Assembly (NCBI GenBank): GCA_022711115.1
Contig: JAKLFP010000001.1
Coordinates: 5,183-69,182 of the forward strand
DNA: 64,000 nucleotides
Origin: Candidatus Omnitrophota bacterium
Lineage (GTDB): Bacteria; Omnitrophota; Omnitrophia; Omnitrophales; Aquincolibacteriaceae
Direction of reading: 5' to 3'
The notes below the pieces were generated by a model. It did not search any database. It worked only from the letters and a program-made list of their open reading frames with translations, and was not told the DNA's origin. The position numbers and the translations under genes were made by a program. The stretch's first letter is position 1; the number at the start of each line of letters is the position of its first letter. Below, piece after piece: positions 28,752 to 37,748 of this stretch.

Positions 28752-31700
28752 TTATTCCAACGGCACATAATACAATCCGCGTGTGTTCACGATCATGCGG
28801 CCCACCGTAGCGCTGGGATCATCCACCACCAAAATAATCGCCTTGATCTGGGTCGCGTCAAATCCAGCAATCCCCACACTCTGCAGCACGGCGTTAGAGA
28901 TCGCGATCCTTCCGTTCGTCAGATTGACTCGCACCGTCACCTTCCGTCCATTAGCGTCTTCCACCTCAACCTTGTAATACCTCGCACCCGTCACATTCAC
29001 ATCCAACACTATTGGCGCTGCCGCCGCGTTGAAATAGGCTCCCGGGGAAAATAACATCATCGCTGCAGCCCAACGCTGATTCCCCCCGGCCGCTAAATTA
29101 AAATCCATCACAAATTGATTCGCTGACGGCTGCACGAAACTCGCCACCGTCGTATGCGCCACGGCCTCAATCGGAGAAACGCTCGGCTGCAACGCAATGA
29201 AATCCGTCAGCGGCGCTGTTGTTGTCCAGGAAATCACGGGAATATACGGATACCCTCCCAACCGGACTTGCAACTGCCCTGTTTTTAAACTGATATTGTT
29301 ATTCTCGACAACGAAATTTACATTTTTGACATGTGCCAAATCCACCCCGGTTAAAGCGTTGATCGGTATACGGTAAAATTGCTCCGTTATTCCAACGTTC
29401 AACAGGTAAATCATAGCGCGACCGCCGTTGGCGTCTTCAACCTGGAACTTGATCCGACCGGTCCCTGCCGAAAGTTTCAACCCTACGACAATCGAGGAGA
29501 TACTTCGTAAATCTGCTGCCTCAACCGCCGGGGTCCCAAAATCATCAAAACTCGACAGCAAAAGAGACCAACTTCCCGCGGTTGTCACATTATATTGCAG
29601 CGCTGACACCGATGAAGAACTCTGAAACACACTGGACTGCCCGGCTCCTCCCCCCTCGATAGCAGTTACACTTCGAATTCCTGGAAGCGTGCTGATATTG
29701 CTAATGCCCAGTGTCGGATCTGTTGTTACGGTTGGTTCGTAATACAACCCACGGGTATTGACCGTCAGTGTCCCCGTTGTCGCGCTTGGATCATCCACCA
29801 CCAAAATAATCGCCTTGATCTGGGTCGCGTCAAATCCAGCAATCCCCACACTCTGCAGCACGGCGTTAGAGATCGCGATCCTTCCGTTCGTCAGATTGAC
29901 TCGCACCGTCACCTTCCGTCCATTAGCGTCTTCCACCTCAACCTTGTAATACCTCGCACCCGTCACATTCACATCCAACACTATTGGCGCTGCCGCCGCG
30001 TTGAAATAGGCTCCCGGGGAAAATAACAGCATCCCCGCCGCCCATCGCTGTGACCCTCCGTTCGTCAGGTTGTAATTCAGCGAAAATTGACTGCTGCTTG
30101 ACTGTGTCAAACTCGTGACCGTATTGGCCGGACTCGGCTCGATCTCGGACACCGATGGCCGCAACCCGCTGAAATCCGTCAGTGGTGCTGTCGTCGGAGG
30201 AACCAATGGAACATAAGCTAGCCCCTTGGTCTCTACCGCCACCTGACCGCTTGCCCCCATGTGCGCACGATCCGCGACAAATAAAATTTGAGCCACTCTC
30301 GTCGCATCAATCCCCATGCCCGCGAAATTAAGAGCGTAATTCTGAGTCGTCCCGCTCAGGTTTAAATAATAGACCGCCACCCGCCCGGTCGTGTCTTTCA
30401 CCTCGACCTTCAACTGCTTCCCCGCAGGACCGTTCGCCGCCAGCACTAGCCCCGAACTCAAATTCATCGCCGTACCAATCCAAACATTGTTATTGAAATA
30501 ACCGTTCCCCGCAGAGCTAAACACAAAATCGTCCGAGTCCGCTAACGTGTAATTCATCGCGAAATTGCGAGACGAGGTCTGCGTGACCGCAATCGTCCCG
30601 TTCGCAGTCGCCGTCCCCACCGCCCCTGACCCGCTGCTTAAAACCGGAACGTTCGGAAGCTGTGTAATCAGGCTCTGATTGTAAACCGAACCGTTCACAA
30701 CTGGCGTATACGGATACTTTCCAAACCGGACTTCTAAAGCTCCTATCTTGTTCGTCACTTTGTGGGTTTCTAAAATAAAGTTGATATTCTTTACATGCGA
30801 GAAATCAAAAGACGTAAATAGCGTGCGCAACGCACCGATCGGAATCTGGACAAATTTCTCCGTCGTGGTGATATCGGTGGCTATCACCTTCGCCCGGTGC
30901 CCGCTCGCGTCTTCAAACTCTACATAAACCGATCCGCTTCCACTTGCGAAGCGTAATCCCGCTATCAAGGTTGTTGCCGTGCTTAGATCATAACTCTCAA
31001 CCCCCGCGGTCCCGAAATTATCAAAGGATGAAATGCTCCCCGCATAACTTCCCGCCTGACTCAGGTTATAATTCAACCGGAACCGGTCGGCGTCGTACTG
31101 TACCAAATTCGCAGCCCCGGCCGGATTGGAAAATACCGTCAAACTCGGGAAAGAGTAACTCGACGGAACCGCAGTCCCCGGAACCCCTATGATCACCGGA
31201 ATGTAATACATCCCGTTCACTTCCACGTTCACCTGGCCCGTGGCCTGCATATGACTTCGATCGGCAATAAACGCGACCTGAGCCACTCTCGTCGCATCAA
31301 TCCCAAGCCCTGTCAGATTGATCGTGTAATTTTGCTTCGTTCCGTTCAAAGCCAAATACACCACCGCTTGCTGGCCGTTCACGTCTTTGATCTCCACTTT
31401 AAGCTGCTGGCCCAAAGCGCCTTGGGCCGCCAAAGTCAAACCAGCACTCAAATTCACGGTCTGGCCATTGAAATGCGTGTCATCGGTAAAATAGCCATTA
31501 CTTAAATATGCGAACACAAAATCGTCCGCGTCCGCCAAGTTATAGTTAAAGCTGAAATCTCGCGGCGAGGTCTGCGTGAGCGTGATCGTCCCATTCGCTA
31601 TCCCGTCCACGGACCCGCTCCCGGAATTCAAAATCGGCTGATTCGCAAGTTGCGTGATCAGCGAGGGATTGTAGGTCGTACCCGAAATGCTCAAAAAAAG

Positions 31701-34544
31701 TCTCTGTAAGGTAGCCAGATCGACACGAATCGTGCCATTGATCACGGCGATTTTCCCTGCGGATTCATAGGTAATGGATTGAAGTGCTATTCCGTTTAAC
31801 GCCAACTTAGCCGCAGGATCACTGATCCGCTGCAAATAAGTCGTATGAGGAACAGGCGTGGGATACAAGGGTCCTTCAATATCATAAATGACCGTTGACC
31901 CATCCGGCGAGACATCATAAACGCCTGTATATCCACCATAAGGATCCATCCGCGTTGCGATATTCTGCACCTGGCCAGTGACTAGATTCATCAGCTGAAG
32001 CGTGTACCGGCTATATCCCCCCACACGTTCATAGAGGGATTGAAACGCATAATTTTTATTTGATGTTGCGAGCGTCCAGGTCGCCTTCCAGAAACCTGTC
32101 GCGGTCTCATATTCATAAACATGCATCGCGGTAACAATGACCGCTATCTTTTTGCCGTCTTGCGCGGTCACAAATTTCAAAGCTTCGATCTTTTCACCCG
32201 TAATGGATGTCCGAGTAATGCCTCCGCCAGACAGGAGCGCCGGCAATGATTGAATATAAATCACATCCGTGGGCGGAATGGGAGAGGTGGTGCGTCCGTA
32301 ACCGTCATAAATGATCTGTTGGCCATCCGGAGAGACATCAAAGCTTCCGGCTTTTTCAAAAGCCCAGACCCAATAATCTTTATTCGTTGTCAGGTCCTTG
32401 AGCGTAATCGTACCGCCATCGACCTTAAACGCATAATTCGCATTCGATGCCGCCCGCGTCCAGCCGGCCGGCAACGGCGGCATCAGATAAAGTCCTCCTG
32501 TCGTACGAATGTCGACTCGCCCCGTTTTATTGGGCAGATTGGCATTTTCAAAAATAAAGGCCATTTGAACAATATGGGTCAGATCCAGGGCCGGAAAAAA
32601 TTGCCGGATCATGGAGATCGAAATCGATCTTGTGCTGTAAGTCGACGCCAGCCCGCTCATCCAGAAAAAGGCAGAATGACCGGTAGCATCCTTGAGCTCG
32701 AATTTCAGACAACGAGCAGTCCCCGAACAGGCTGCCGTCGTCTTCATGTCAAAACTAACCGCACTCCAATTGCTGATGTCCTTCGAGCCTCCAGAAAGTG
32801 ATGCGAAATTAATGACCGCTCCCGAAAAACTTCCCACCGGCACAACATTATAATTAATAGAAAATTCCATCGGAGAGCTCTGGCTTACAACCGGCATCGT
32901 AGTCCCACTGCCAAAAACATCAAGAAATGGCGCCGGCACAAGTTTTACGGTCGTAAGATCGATATGATAAGTCCAGGCAGGATTCGCTGTGTCCACCAAC
33001 ACTTCATTCCCTGACATCTGAATCACATCCGGCCGATTCGCAGGAGAGGCATTGATAAACACGTATTGCTTCAAAGCTCCTTCCTGCAGTGCTTGAATAC
33101 AAACATTGATCCCGCCGCCTGCTACCCGCTCAAGATAGATGATCTTTGTTTCATCCGGCGTAATCACCGGGTATCCCCAAAAATCGTTCTGCCTTGTCTG
33201 CACCACATCCACAATATAGATATGGCCAGTCACAAGATTTTGAACTTTCAGTGTCGTGGTCCCGGTCATAGGATCCTGTGGATTGGAAAAGCCATACTGA
33301 TACGCATATTTCGTATTCGATGGCACATACGTCCAACCGGCCAGAGCAATCGGATCCGGATAGGCTCCTTTGCCGAGAGCTGGAGAACCGGGCTGAAGAC
33401 GATAATTCCCCTGCGCAGCATTCACAAACTTCGGATCCGCAATTATATTTCCCTGGATCCGGGTCTCGACGCTGGGCGGCAATGCGCTGCCGTAATAGCT
33501 TCCTTTTTCCGTATTGTTGAAGAAAATATTTCCTTCTACGGCCGCAAAACCGCGGCTAGGTGTTTGTCCCCAGCAAAATTCATAAATGGAAGCATAGGTA
33601 CTGCCGGTAATAATGTTGTTGCGAACCACGGGTTTGACACCGTTAAGCAAATTGATCCCGATACGGCTGTTCACGATCGTATTATTTTTGATGACCGCTC
33701 CGGAGGCTGATGTGAGAGGATGCTGGATCGAAAGGTTATTATTCAGGAAAAGATTATATTCGATGAGGGCATTTTGACCGGACCGCAGATAAATTCCGTA
33801 ATTTGCATTATTTCTTATGTTCGTTCCGGAAATAATAACATTATCTCCTTCGACTCGAATAGCGCTGAACGGCGTGCCCTGATAGGCAACCCCGCCAGTG
33901 ATGGTAAGGTTTCCAATCCTGTTATTACCGCTGGCAACAATAATATCTTCATACCGACCCTGGCCGCTGATAATGGTTGTTTCTCTATTTTCACCCTGAA
34001 GATTAACACCCGGTTTCAAAACAAGCGATTGAAGATAAATACCGGCATCAAGGAGAACAACATCCCCTGCTTGCGCTTGATTAATGGCTGTCTGGATGGA
34101 TTCGCCTGCACGCACTCGGATGATACTGAATTTCGCCACCGAATTTGCATCCAAAACATTATCCTTCTCTTGCGCAGGAACAAACGCAAGAGAAGGATTG
34201 CCGTCCTGCTGGAGTGGTGTTGTCGATGCTGAGGAAACAGATAAAGGATTAGGATTCTGAAATTCGAAACCCGAAGGAATTTGTGTTTGCAATTTCGGAG
34301 CGGTTGTGTTCGTCGTTTGATTCGCATCAAATTTCACAACAGGAACTAATTCCTGGCGCTCATTTTGTGTCAATGTCGCTATAGCTGCAACGGAAGTGGG
34401 CACAGGAATCCCTTGAAAAATAAAAAAGGCGGTTACAATAATTGCAACCGCCTTCTGGGGTAATTTATGATTTCGATTATTTTTTGTGTTATTTGTGTTA
34501 CATGACTTCTGCCATTTTCTTTTCTGCGAGTCGAGGGTAGCCAT
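28752..34544 (-). CDS. giant modular exoprotein (1930 aa): N-terminal signal-anchor, right-handed parallel beta-helix (PbH1/pectate-lyase-like) domain, PD40/TolB-like SPDG repeats, then six ~160-aa beta-sandwich modules of three sequence types
   Basis: Beta-helix block IQTAINQAQAGDVVLLDAGIY...NNTIVNSRIGINLL...RNNIITGS...GNIFFNN. SPDG..IIYD PD40-like repeats. Repeated modules A (FDNFGTAGVE.../FDDFGTPAVE...), B (SLITQL...SGSGS...TQTS...) and C (LFSPGAYFNAAAAPIVLDVNVTGARYYKVEVEDANGRK...). SD AGGAGGTG precedes the ATG. Confidence 0.7.
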   Translation of the reverse strand: MATLDSQKRKWQKSCNTNNTKNNRNHKLPQKAVAIIVTAFFIFQGIPVPTSVAAIATLTQNERQELVPVVKFDANQTTNTTAPKLQTQIPSGFEFQNPNPLSVSSASTTPLQQDGNPSLAFVPAQEKDNVLDANSVAKFSIIRVRAGESIQTAINQAQAGDVVLLDAGIYLQSLVLKPGVNLQGENRETTIISGQGRYEDIIVASGNNRIGNLTITGGVAYQGTPFSAIRVEGDNVIISGTNIRNNANYGIYLRSGQNALIEYNLFLNNNLSIQHPLTSASGAVIKNNTIVNSRIGINLLNGVKPVVRNNIITGSTYASIYEFCWGQTPSRGFAAVEGNIFFNNTEKGSYYGSALPPSVETRIQGNIIADPKFVNAAQGNYRLQPGSPALGKGAYPDPIALAGWTYVPSNTKYAYQYGFSNPQDPMTGTTTLKVQNLVTGHIYIVDVVQTRQNDFWGYPVITPDETKIIYLERVAGGGINVCIQALQEGALKQYVFINASPANRPDVIQMSGNEVLVDTANPAWTYHIDLTTVKLVPAPFLDVFGSGTTMPVVSQSSPMEFSINYNVVPVGSFSGAVINFASLSGGSKDISNWSAVSFDMKTTAACSGTARCLKFELKDATGHSAFFWMSGLASTYSTRSISISMIRQFFPALDLTHIVQMAFIFENANLPNKTGRVDIRTTGGLYLMPPLPAGWTRAASNANYAFKVDGGTITLKDLTTNKDYWVWAFEKAGSFDVSPDGQQIIYDGYGRTTSPIPPTDVIYIQSLPALLSGGGITRTSITGEKIEALKFVTAQDGKKIAVIVTAMHVYEYETATGFWKATWTLATSNKNYAFQSLYERVGGYSRYTLQLMNLVTGQVQNIATRMDPYGGYTGVYDVSPDGSTVIYDIEGPLYPTPVPHTTYLQRISDPAAKLALNGIALQSITYESAGKIAVINGTIRVDLATLQRLFLSISGTTYNPSLITQLANQPILNSGSGSVDGIANGTITLTQTSPRDFSFNYNLADADDFVFAYLSNGYFTDDTHFNGQTVNLSAGLTLAAQGALGQQLKVEIKDVNGQQAVVYLALNGTKQNYTINLTGLGIDATRVAQVAFIADRSHMQATGQVNVEVNGMYYIPVIIGVPGTAVPSSYSFPSLTVFSNPAGAANLVQYDADRFRLNYNLSQAGSYAGSISSFDNFGTAGVESYDLSTATTLIAGLRFASGSGSVYVEFEDASGHRAKVIATDITTTEKFVQIPIGALRTLFTSFDFSHVKNINFILETHKVTNKIGALEVRFGKYPYTPVVNGSVYNQSLITQLPNVPVLSSGSGAVGTATANGTIAVTQTSSRNFAMNYTLADSDDFVFSSAGNGYFNNNVWIGTAMNLSSGLVLAANGPAGKQLKVEVKDTTGRVAVYYLNLSGTTQNYALNFAGMGIDATRVAQILFVADRAHMGASGQVAVETKGLAYVPLVPPTTAPLTDFSGLRPSVSEIEPSPANTVTSLTQSSSSQFSLNYNLTNGGSQRWAAGMLLFSPGAYFNAAAAPIVLDVNVTGARYYKVEVEDANGRKVTVRVNLTNGRIAISNAVLQSVGIAGFDATQIKAIILVVDDPSATTGTLTVNTRGLYYEPTVTTDPTLGISNISTLPGIRSVTAIEGGGAGQSSVFQSSSSVSALQYNVTTAGSWSLLLSSFDDFGTPAVEAADLRSISSIVVGLKLSAGTGRIKFQVEDANGGRAMIYLLNVGITEQFYRIPINALTGVDLAHVKNVNFVVENNNISLKTGQLQVRLGGYPYIPVISWTTTAPLTDFIALQPSVSPIEAVAHTTVASFVQPSANQFVMDFNLAAGGNQRWAAAMMLFSPGAYFNAAAAPIVLDVNVTGARYYKVEVEDANGRKVTVRVNLTNGRIAISNAVLQSVGIAGFDATQIKAIILVVDDPSATVGRMIVNTRGLYYVPLE
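28817..29068. repeat. copy 1 (extreme C-terminal module) of a 252-bp segment 100% identical to 29780-30031
   Basis: Direct comparison of the two stretches. Identical from GGATCATCCACCACCAAAATAATCG through GGCTCCCGGGGAAAATAACA. Flanking DNA is only ~60-70% identical. The track also shows the same antisense ORF (VALGSSTTKIIALIWV...) twice. Confidence 0.9.
29780..30031. repeat. copy 2 of the 252-bp perfect repeat (internal module, 963 bp upstream of copy 1)
   Basis: See copy 1. Encodes the identical 84 aa LFSPGAYFNAAAAP...VVDDPSAT in both modules. Confidence 0.9.
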
Positions 34545-34653
34545 GACCGCACCTCCTGTTTTTAGTTTTCAAAGAAATTTATCTTTCTTTTTAGCTCCCC
34601 CGAACACTTAACACTTTTCAAAAAACCTTAAAAAGTATTCTAAAAAAAAGATT

Positions 34654-34682
34654 TTCTGAAATTAATATTAACACATTTTAAT
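34654..34682 (-). promoter_or_regulatory. promoter of the giant exoprotein gene: TTGACA-17 nt-AATATT, followed by a ~100-nt 5' UTR
   Basis: Reverse complement reads TTGACAATTTATTAAAATGTGTTAATATT. Perfect -35, AT-rich -10. Confidence 0.5.
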
Positions 34683-34729
34683 AAATTGTCAAGCCTCCGC
34701 TTCTTTTTGCTAGGCGCAATCAGAAAGCA

Positions 34730-35476
34730 CTAGTACGTAACCCTTAATAGGGTAAGCCCTTTGGATGGAGCTGTCATGCCTGCTAGACGGCGGTCTTTAG
34801 ATTGAAGAATGGCTTTTATTTCTTCCGGCTTCCGCTTGGACCGCCCTACTTCCATAAGCGTTCCAACCATGTTGCGGATCATGTGATAAAGGAATCCGTC
34901 CGCTTCGACATGAAAAATAAGTAAATGCCCTTGCTTCTTGATCCGAAATTGTCTGATTGTGCGAACACAGGAACGTTCTTTTTTCATGGCTGAGATAGAC
35001 GTAAAAGAACGGAAATCGCGTTTTCCGAGAAAATATTTTGCTGCCTGTCGCATCCAGGCAACATTCAAAGAATACGGCACATGAAAAACTCGCTTCGCCA
35101 GAAGCGGCGAACGGCACGGATGATTCCAGATCCGGTATTCATAGACTTTGGATTTGACATTATAGCGGGCGTGAAAATCAAGCGGGACTTCTTTAATCTC
35201 TTTCACCACGACAGGCGCCGGTAAAAGTGCGTTCAATCCCTTTTGAATCTGTCGGATGTTCCTGCCACTGGTAGTTTTGAAATTGACGACTTGTCCCTCG
35301 GCATGGACGCCGGTATCCGTTCTGCCGCTTGCAGCTGCGATTTTTATTTTGCGATCAAAAAAACTTGAGAGCGCCTTTTCGAGTGCCTCTTGGACGGTGG
35401 GTTGGCTAGGCTGGCGTTGAAAACCGAAGAAAGTCGAGCCGTCGTACTCTAAAACGAGCTTGATGTTGCGAACCAT
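34730..35476 (-). CDS. truA: tRNA pseudouridine(38-40) synthase
   Basis: MVRNIKLVLEYDGSTFFGFQRQP...RTDTGVHA with the catalytic Asp motif. Confidence 0.85.
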   Translation of the reverse strand: MVRNIKLVLEYDGSTFFGFQRQPSQPTVQEALEKALSSFFDRKIKIAAASGRTDTGVHAEGQVVNFKTTSGRNIRQIQKGLNALLPAPVVVKEIKEVPLDFHARYNVKSKVYEYRIWNHPCRSPLLAKRVFHVPYSLNVAWMRQAAKYFLGKRDFRSFTSISAMKKERSCVRTIRQFRIKKQGHLLIFHVEADGFLYHMIRNMVGTLMEVGRSKRKPEEIKAILQSKDRRLAGMTAPSKGLTLLRVTY

Positions 35477-35520
35477 TCCTCCCGCTCCCTTTGAAACAAA
35501 TCCCGGAAAAATTTTGCGTT

Positions 35521-36531
35521 TTATTTTATGCTAAAAGCAATCTCTGCAATCTGAACGGCATTCAGTGCGGCGCCTTTGCGGATCTGATCACCCGAAACGA
35601 ACATGGAAAGACCGTTCGCCACCGTTGTATCTTCGCGAAGACGGCCCACAAGGATATCGTCCTGTCCGGTCGCCTCAAGCGGCATCGGGAAATAATTCTT
35701 TTCACGATCATCAACAAGCTTGATGCCGGGCGCGTTCGAAAGCAGCGTTCGTACCTGCTCAACCGATATCTTTTTTTCCGTCTCGATAAAAATCGCCTCG
35801 GAATGAGCCCGGAGCACCGGCACTCGCACGCAAGTAGCCGTCACTTGAATATCAGGCGCATGAAAAATCTTTTTGGTTTCTTTGACCATTTTCGTTTCTT
35901 CTTCGCAGTACCCGTCCGCCCCAATCTTGCTGTTGTGAGAAAACACATTAAACGCAATCTGGTGCGGCAGCACTTTCGGTGTCACCTTTTTTCCTTCCAG
36001 AAAATCCCTGGCCTGGATTTTGAGCTCTTCCATAGCCTTGGCTCCGGCACCGCTTGCAGCCTGATAGGTAGCAGACACAATGCGCTTAATTTTGACAGCT
36101 TTATGAATCGGAAAAAGAGGTACAAGCATGATGATGGTGGAGCAATTCGGATTCGCAATAATCCCTTTATGTTTTGCGATATCTTCCGGATTGATCTCAG
36201 GCACCACCAGCGGGATCTCGGGATCCATGCGAAAAGCACTGGTGTTATCCACCATCAGCGCACCGGATTTCACGATATGGGGCGCAAGTTCACGGCTGAC
36301 CGCTCCGCCGGCGCTGGAAAGAACCAGATCAAGCCCTGCAAAGGAATCCGGTTTGGCTTCCTCGACCTTATAGGTTTTCCCCATGAATTCGATCGACTTC
36401 CCGGCCGAGCGACCGGACGCCAAAAGTTTCAACTCCGCGATCGGAAATTTTCTTTCCTTGAGAAGCTCGAGAAATTCCTGTCCCACCGCGCCTGTCACGC
36501 CTAAAACTGCTACTTTCAATTTCTTGCTCAT
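35521..36531 (-). CDS. asd: aspartate-semialdehyde dehydrogenase
   Basis: VAVLGVTGAVGQEF N-terminus, active-site NPNCSTI. Confidence 0.9.
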   Translation of the reverse strand: MSKKLKVAVLGVTGAVGQEFLELLKERKFPIAELKLLASGRSAGKSIEFMGKTYKVEEAKPDSFAGLDLVLSSAGGAVSRELAPHIVKSGALMVDNTSAFRMDPEIPLVVPEINPEDIAKHKGIIANPNCSTIIMLVPLFPIHKAVKIKRIVSATYQAASGAGAKAMEELKIQARDFLEGKKVTPKVLPHQIAFNVFSHNSKIGADGYCEEETKMVKETKKIFHAPDIQVTATCVRVPVLRAHSEAIFIETEKKISVEQVRTLLSNAPGIKLVDDREKNYFPMPLEATGQDDILVGRLREDTTVANGLSMFVSGDQIRKGAALNAVQIAEIAFSIK

Positions 36532-36560
36532 TGCTATGTCCTTCCGTTCTATATTAATTT

Positions 36561-37643
36561 TTATGCAATTCGTGCTTTCGGATCCAGTCCTTTAACCACC
36601 AGATCCCCCACCTCAGTTGTGGAATATCCCATTTTGCCTGCCGCAAGGCTCTTGAGCTTTTTCGCCGTCACCCATTTGACAGATTCTTCAATTTCCGCGG
36701 CAGCCTTCGTTTCTCCGAGATGTTCCAAGAGCATCTGCCCTGCGCAAATGGCCGCCAACGGGTTGATTACGTTCTTTCCTGTGTATTTGGGCGCCGAACC
36801 GCCGATCGGTTCGAACATGGAAACTCCTTGAGGATTCAAATTCCCGCCGGCTGCGATCCCCATACCCCCCTGGATCATAGCACCAAGATCCGTGATGATA
36901 TCGCCGAACATATTGTCCGTCACGATCACATCAAACCAATCGGGATTTTTCACCATCCACATACAGGTAGCATCCACATGGGCGTAATCTCGTTTGACAT
37001 CCGGATAATCCTTCGCGCCGATCTCATGAAAAACGCGTTCCCAAAGGTCAAAGGCATAGGTCAACACATTGGTCTTCCCGCAAAGAGTCAGTGTTTTTTT
37101 CTTGGAATTGCGTTTGCGGGTGTATTCAAAAGCATAGCGCAGGCAGCGCTCCACACCGTGACGCGTGTTGCGGCTCACTTGAACCGCAACTTCCTGGGGT
37201 GTCCCTTTATTGATGAATTCGCCTTCCCCTACATAAAGGCCTTCGTTATTTTCGCGGACTACGACAAAATCAATGTCTTCCGGTTTTTTATTTTTGAGGG
37301 GACAATCCACTCCTGGAAAAAGCTTCACCGGCCGAAGGTTGATATATTGTTCGAGTGAAAAACGGAGCTTGAGCAGAAGCCCCTTCTCAAGAATGCCGGG
37401 TTTAACATCCGGATGCCCCACCGCACCAAGATAGATCGCTTGATACCCGCGCAATTCTTCAAGCACACTGTCAGGAAGGACCTCACCGGTCTTGAGATAA
37501 CGTTCCCCTCCGAGATCGTATTCATGCCGATCGAGTTTAAAACCATATTTCTCCGCCACCGCGGTCAGAACCTTGTTCCCTTCTCGCACCACTTCACCGC
37601 CGGTTCCGTCTCCAGGGATCACTGCTATTTTATATGTCTTCAT
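36561..37643 (-). CDS. isocitrate/isopropylmalate dehydrogenase family enzyme (3-isopropylmalate or tartrate dehydrogenase-like)
   Basis: [19 protein letters not shown]-terminus and the [25 protein letters not shown] block of the IDH/IMDH family. No other leu genes are nearby, so the substrate is not assignable. Confidence 0.7.
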   Translation of the reverse strand: MKTYKIAVIPGDGTGGEVVREGNKVLTAVAEKYGFKLDRHEYDLGGERYLKTGEVLPDSVLEELRGYQAIYLGAVGHPDVKPGILEKGLLLKLRFSLEQYINLRPVKLFPGVDCPLKNKKPEDIDFVVVRENNEGLYVGEGEFINKGTPQEVAVQVSRNTRHGVERCLRYAFEYTRKRNSKKKTLTLCGKTNVLTYAFDLWERVFHEIGAKDYPDVKRDYAHVDATCMWMVKNPDWFDVIVTDNMFGDIITDLGAMIQGGMGIAAGGNLNPQGVSMFEPIGGSAPKYTGKNVINPLAAICAGQMLLEHLGETKAAAEIEESVKWVTAKKLKSLAAGKMGYSTTEVGDLVVKGLDPKARIA

Positions 37644-37748
37644 AGTTATTCCTTTGAGTTTAGAATGGTTTTTAAAATGTTAAACGATAGACCTTTTTAT
37701 AATCATCAACGGCCGAATGAAAAATCACGGGGGGATCTTCTTTCAGAC

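Noticed and set aside
28817-30031. Diversity-generating retroelement (a C-terminal repeat matching an internal template is reminiscent of DGR VR/TR)
   Set aside because: No reverse transcriptase gene anywhere in the window. The two copies are identical rather than differing at adenines, and both are protein-coding module cores.
28817-30031. CRISPR array
   Set aside because: Only two copies, 252 bp long, inside a CDS, 963 bp apart. No short spacer-repeat periodicity anywhere in the window.
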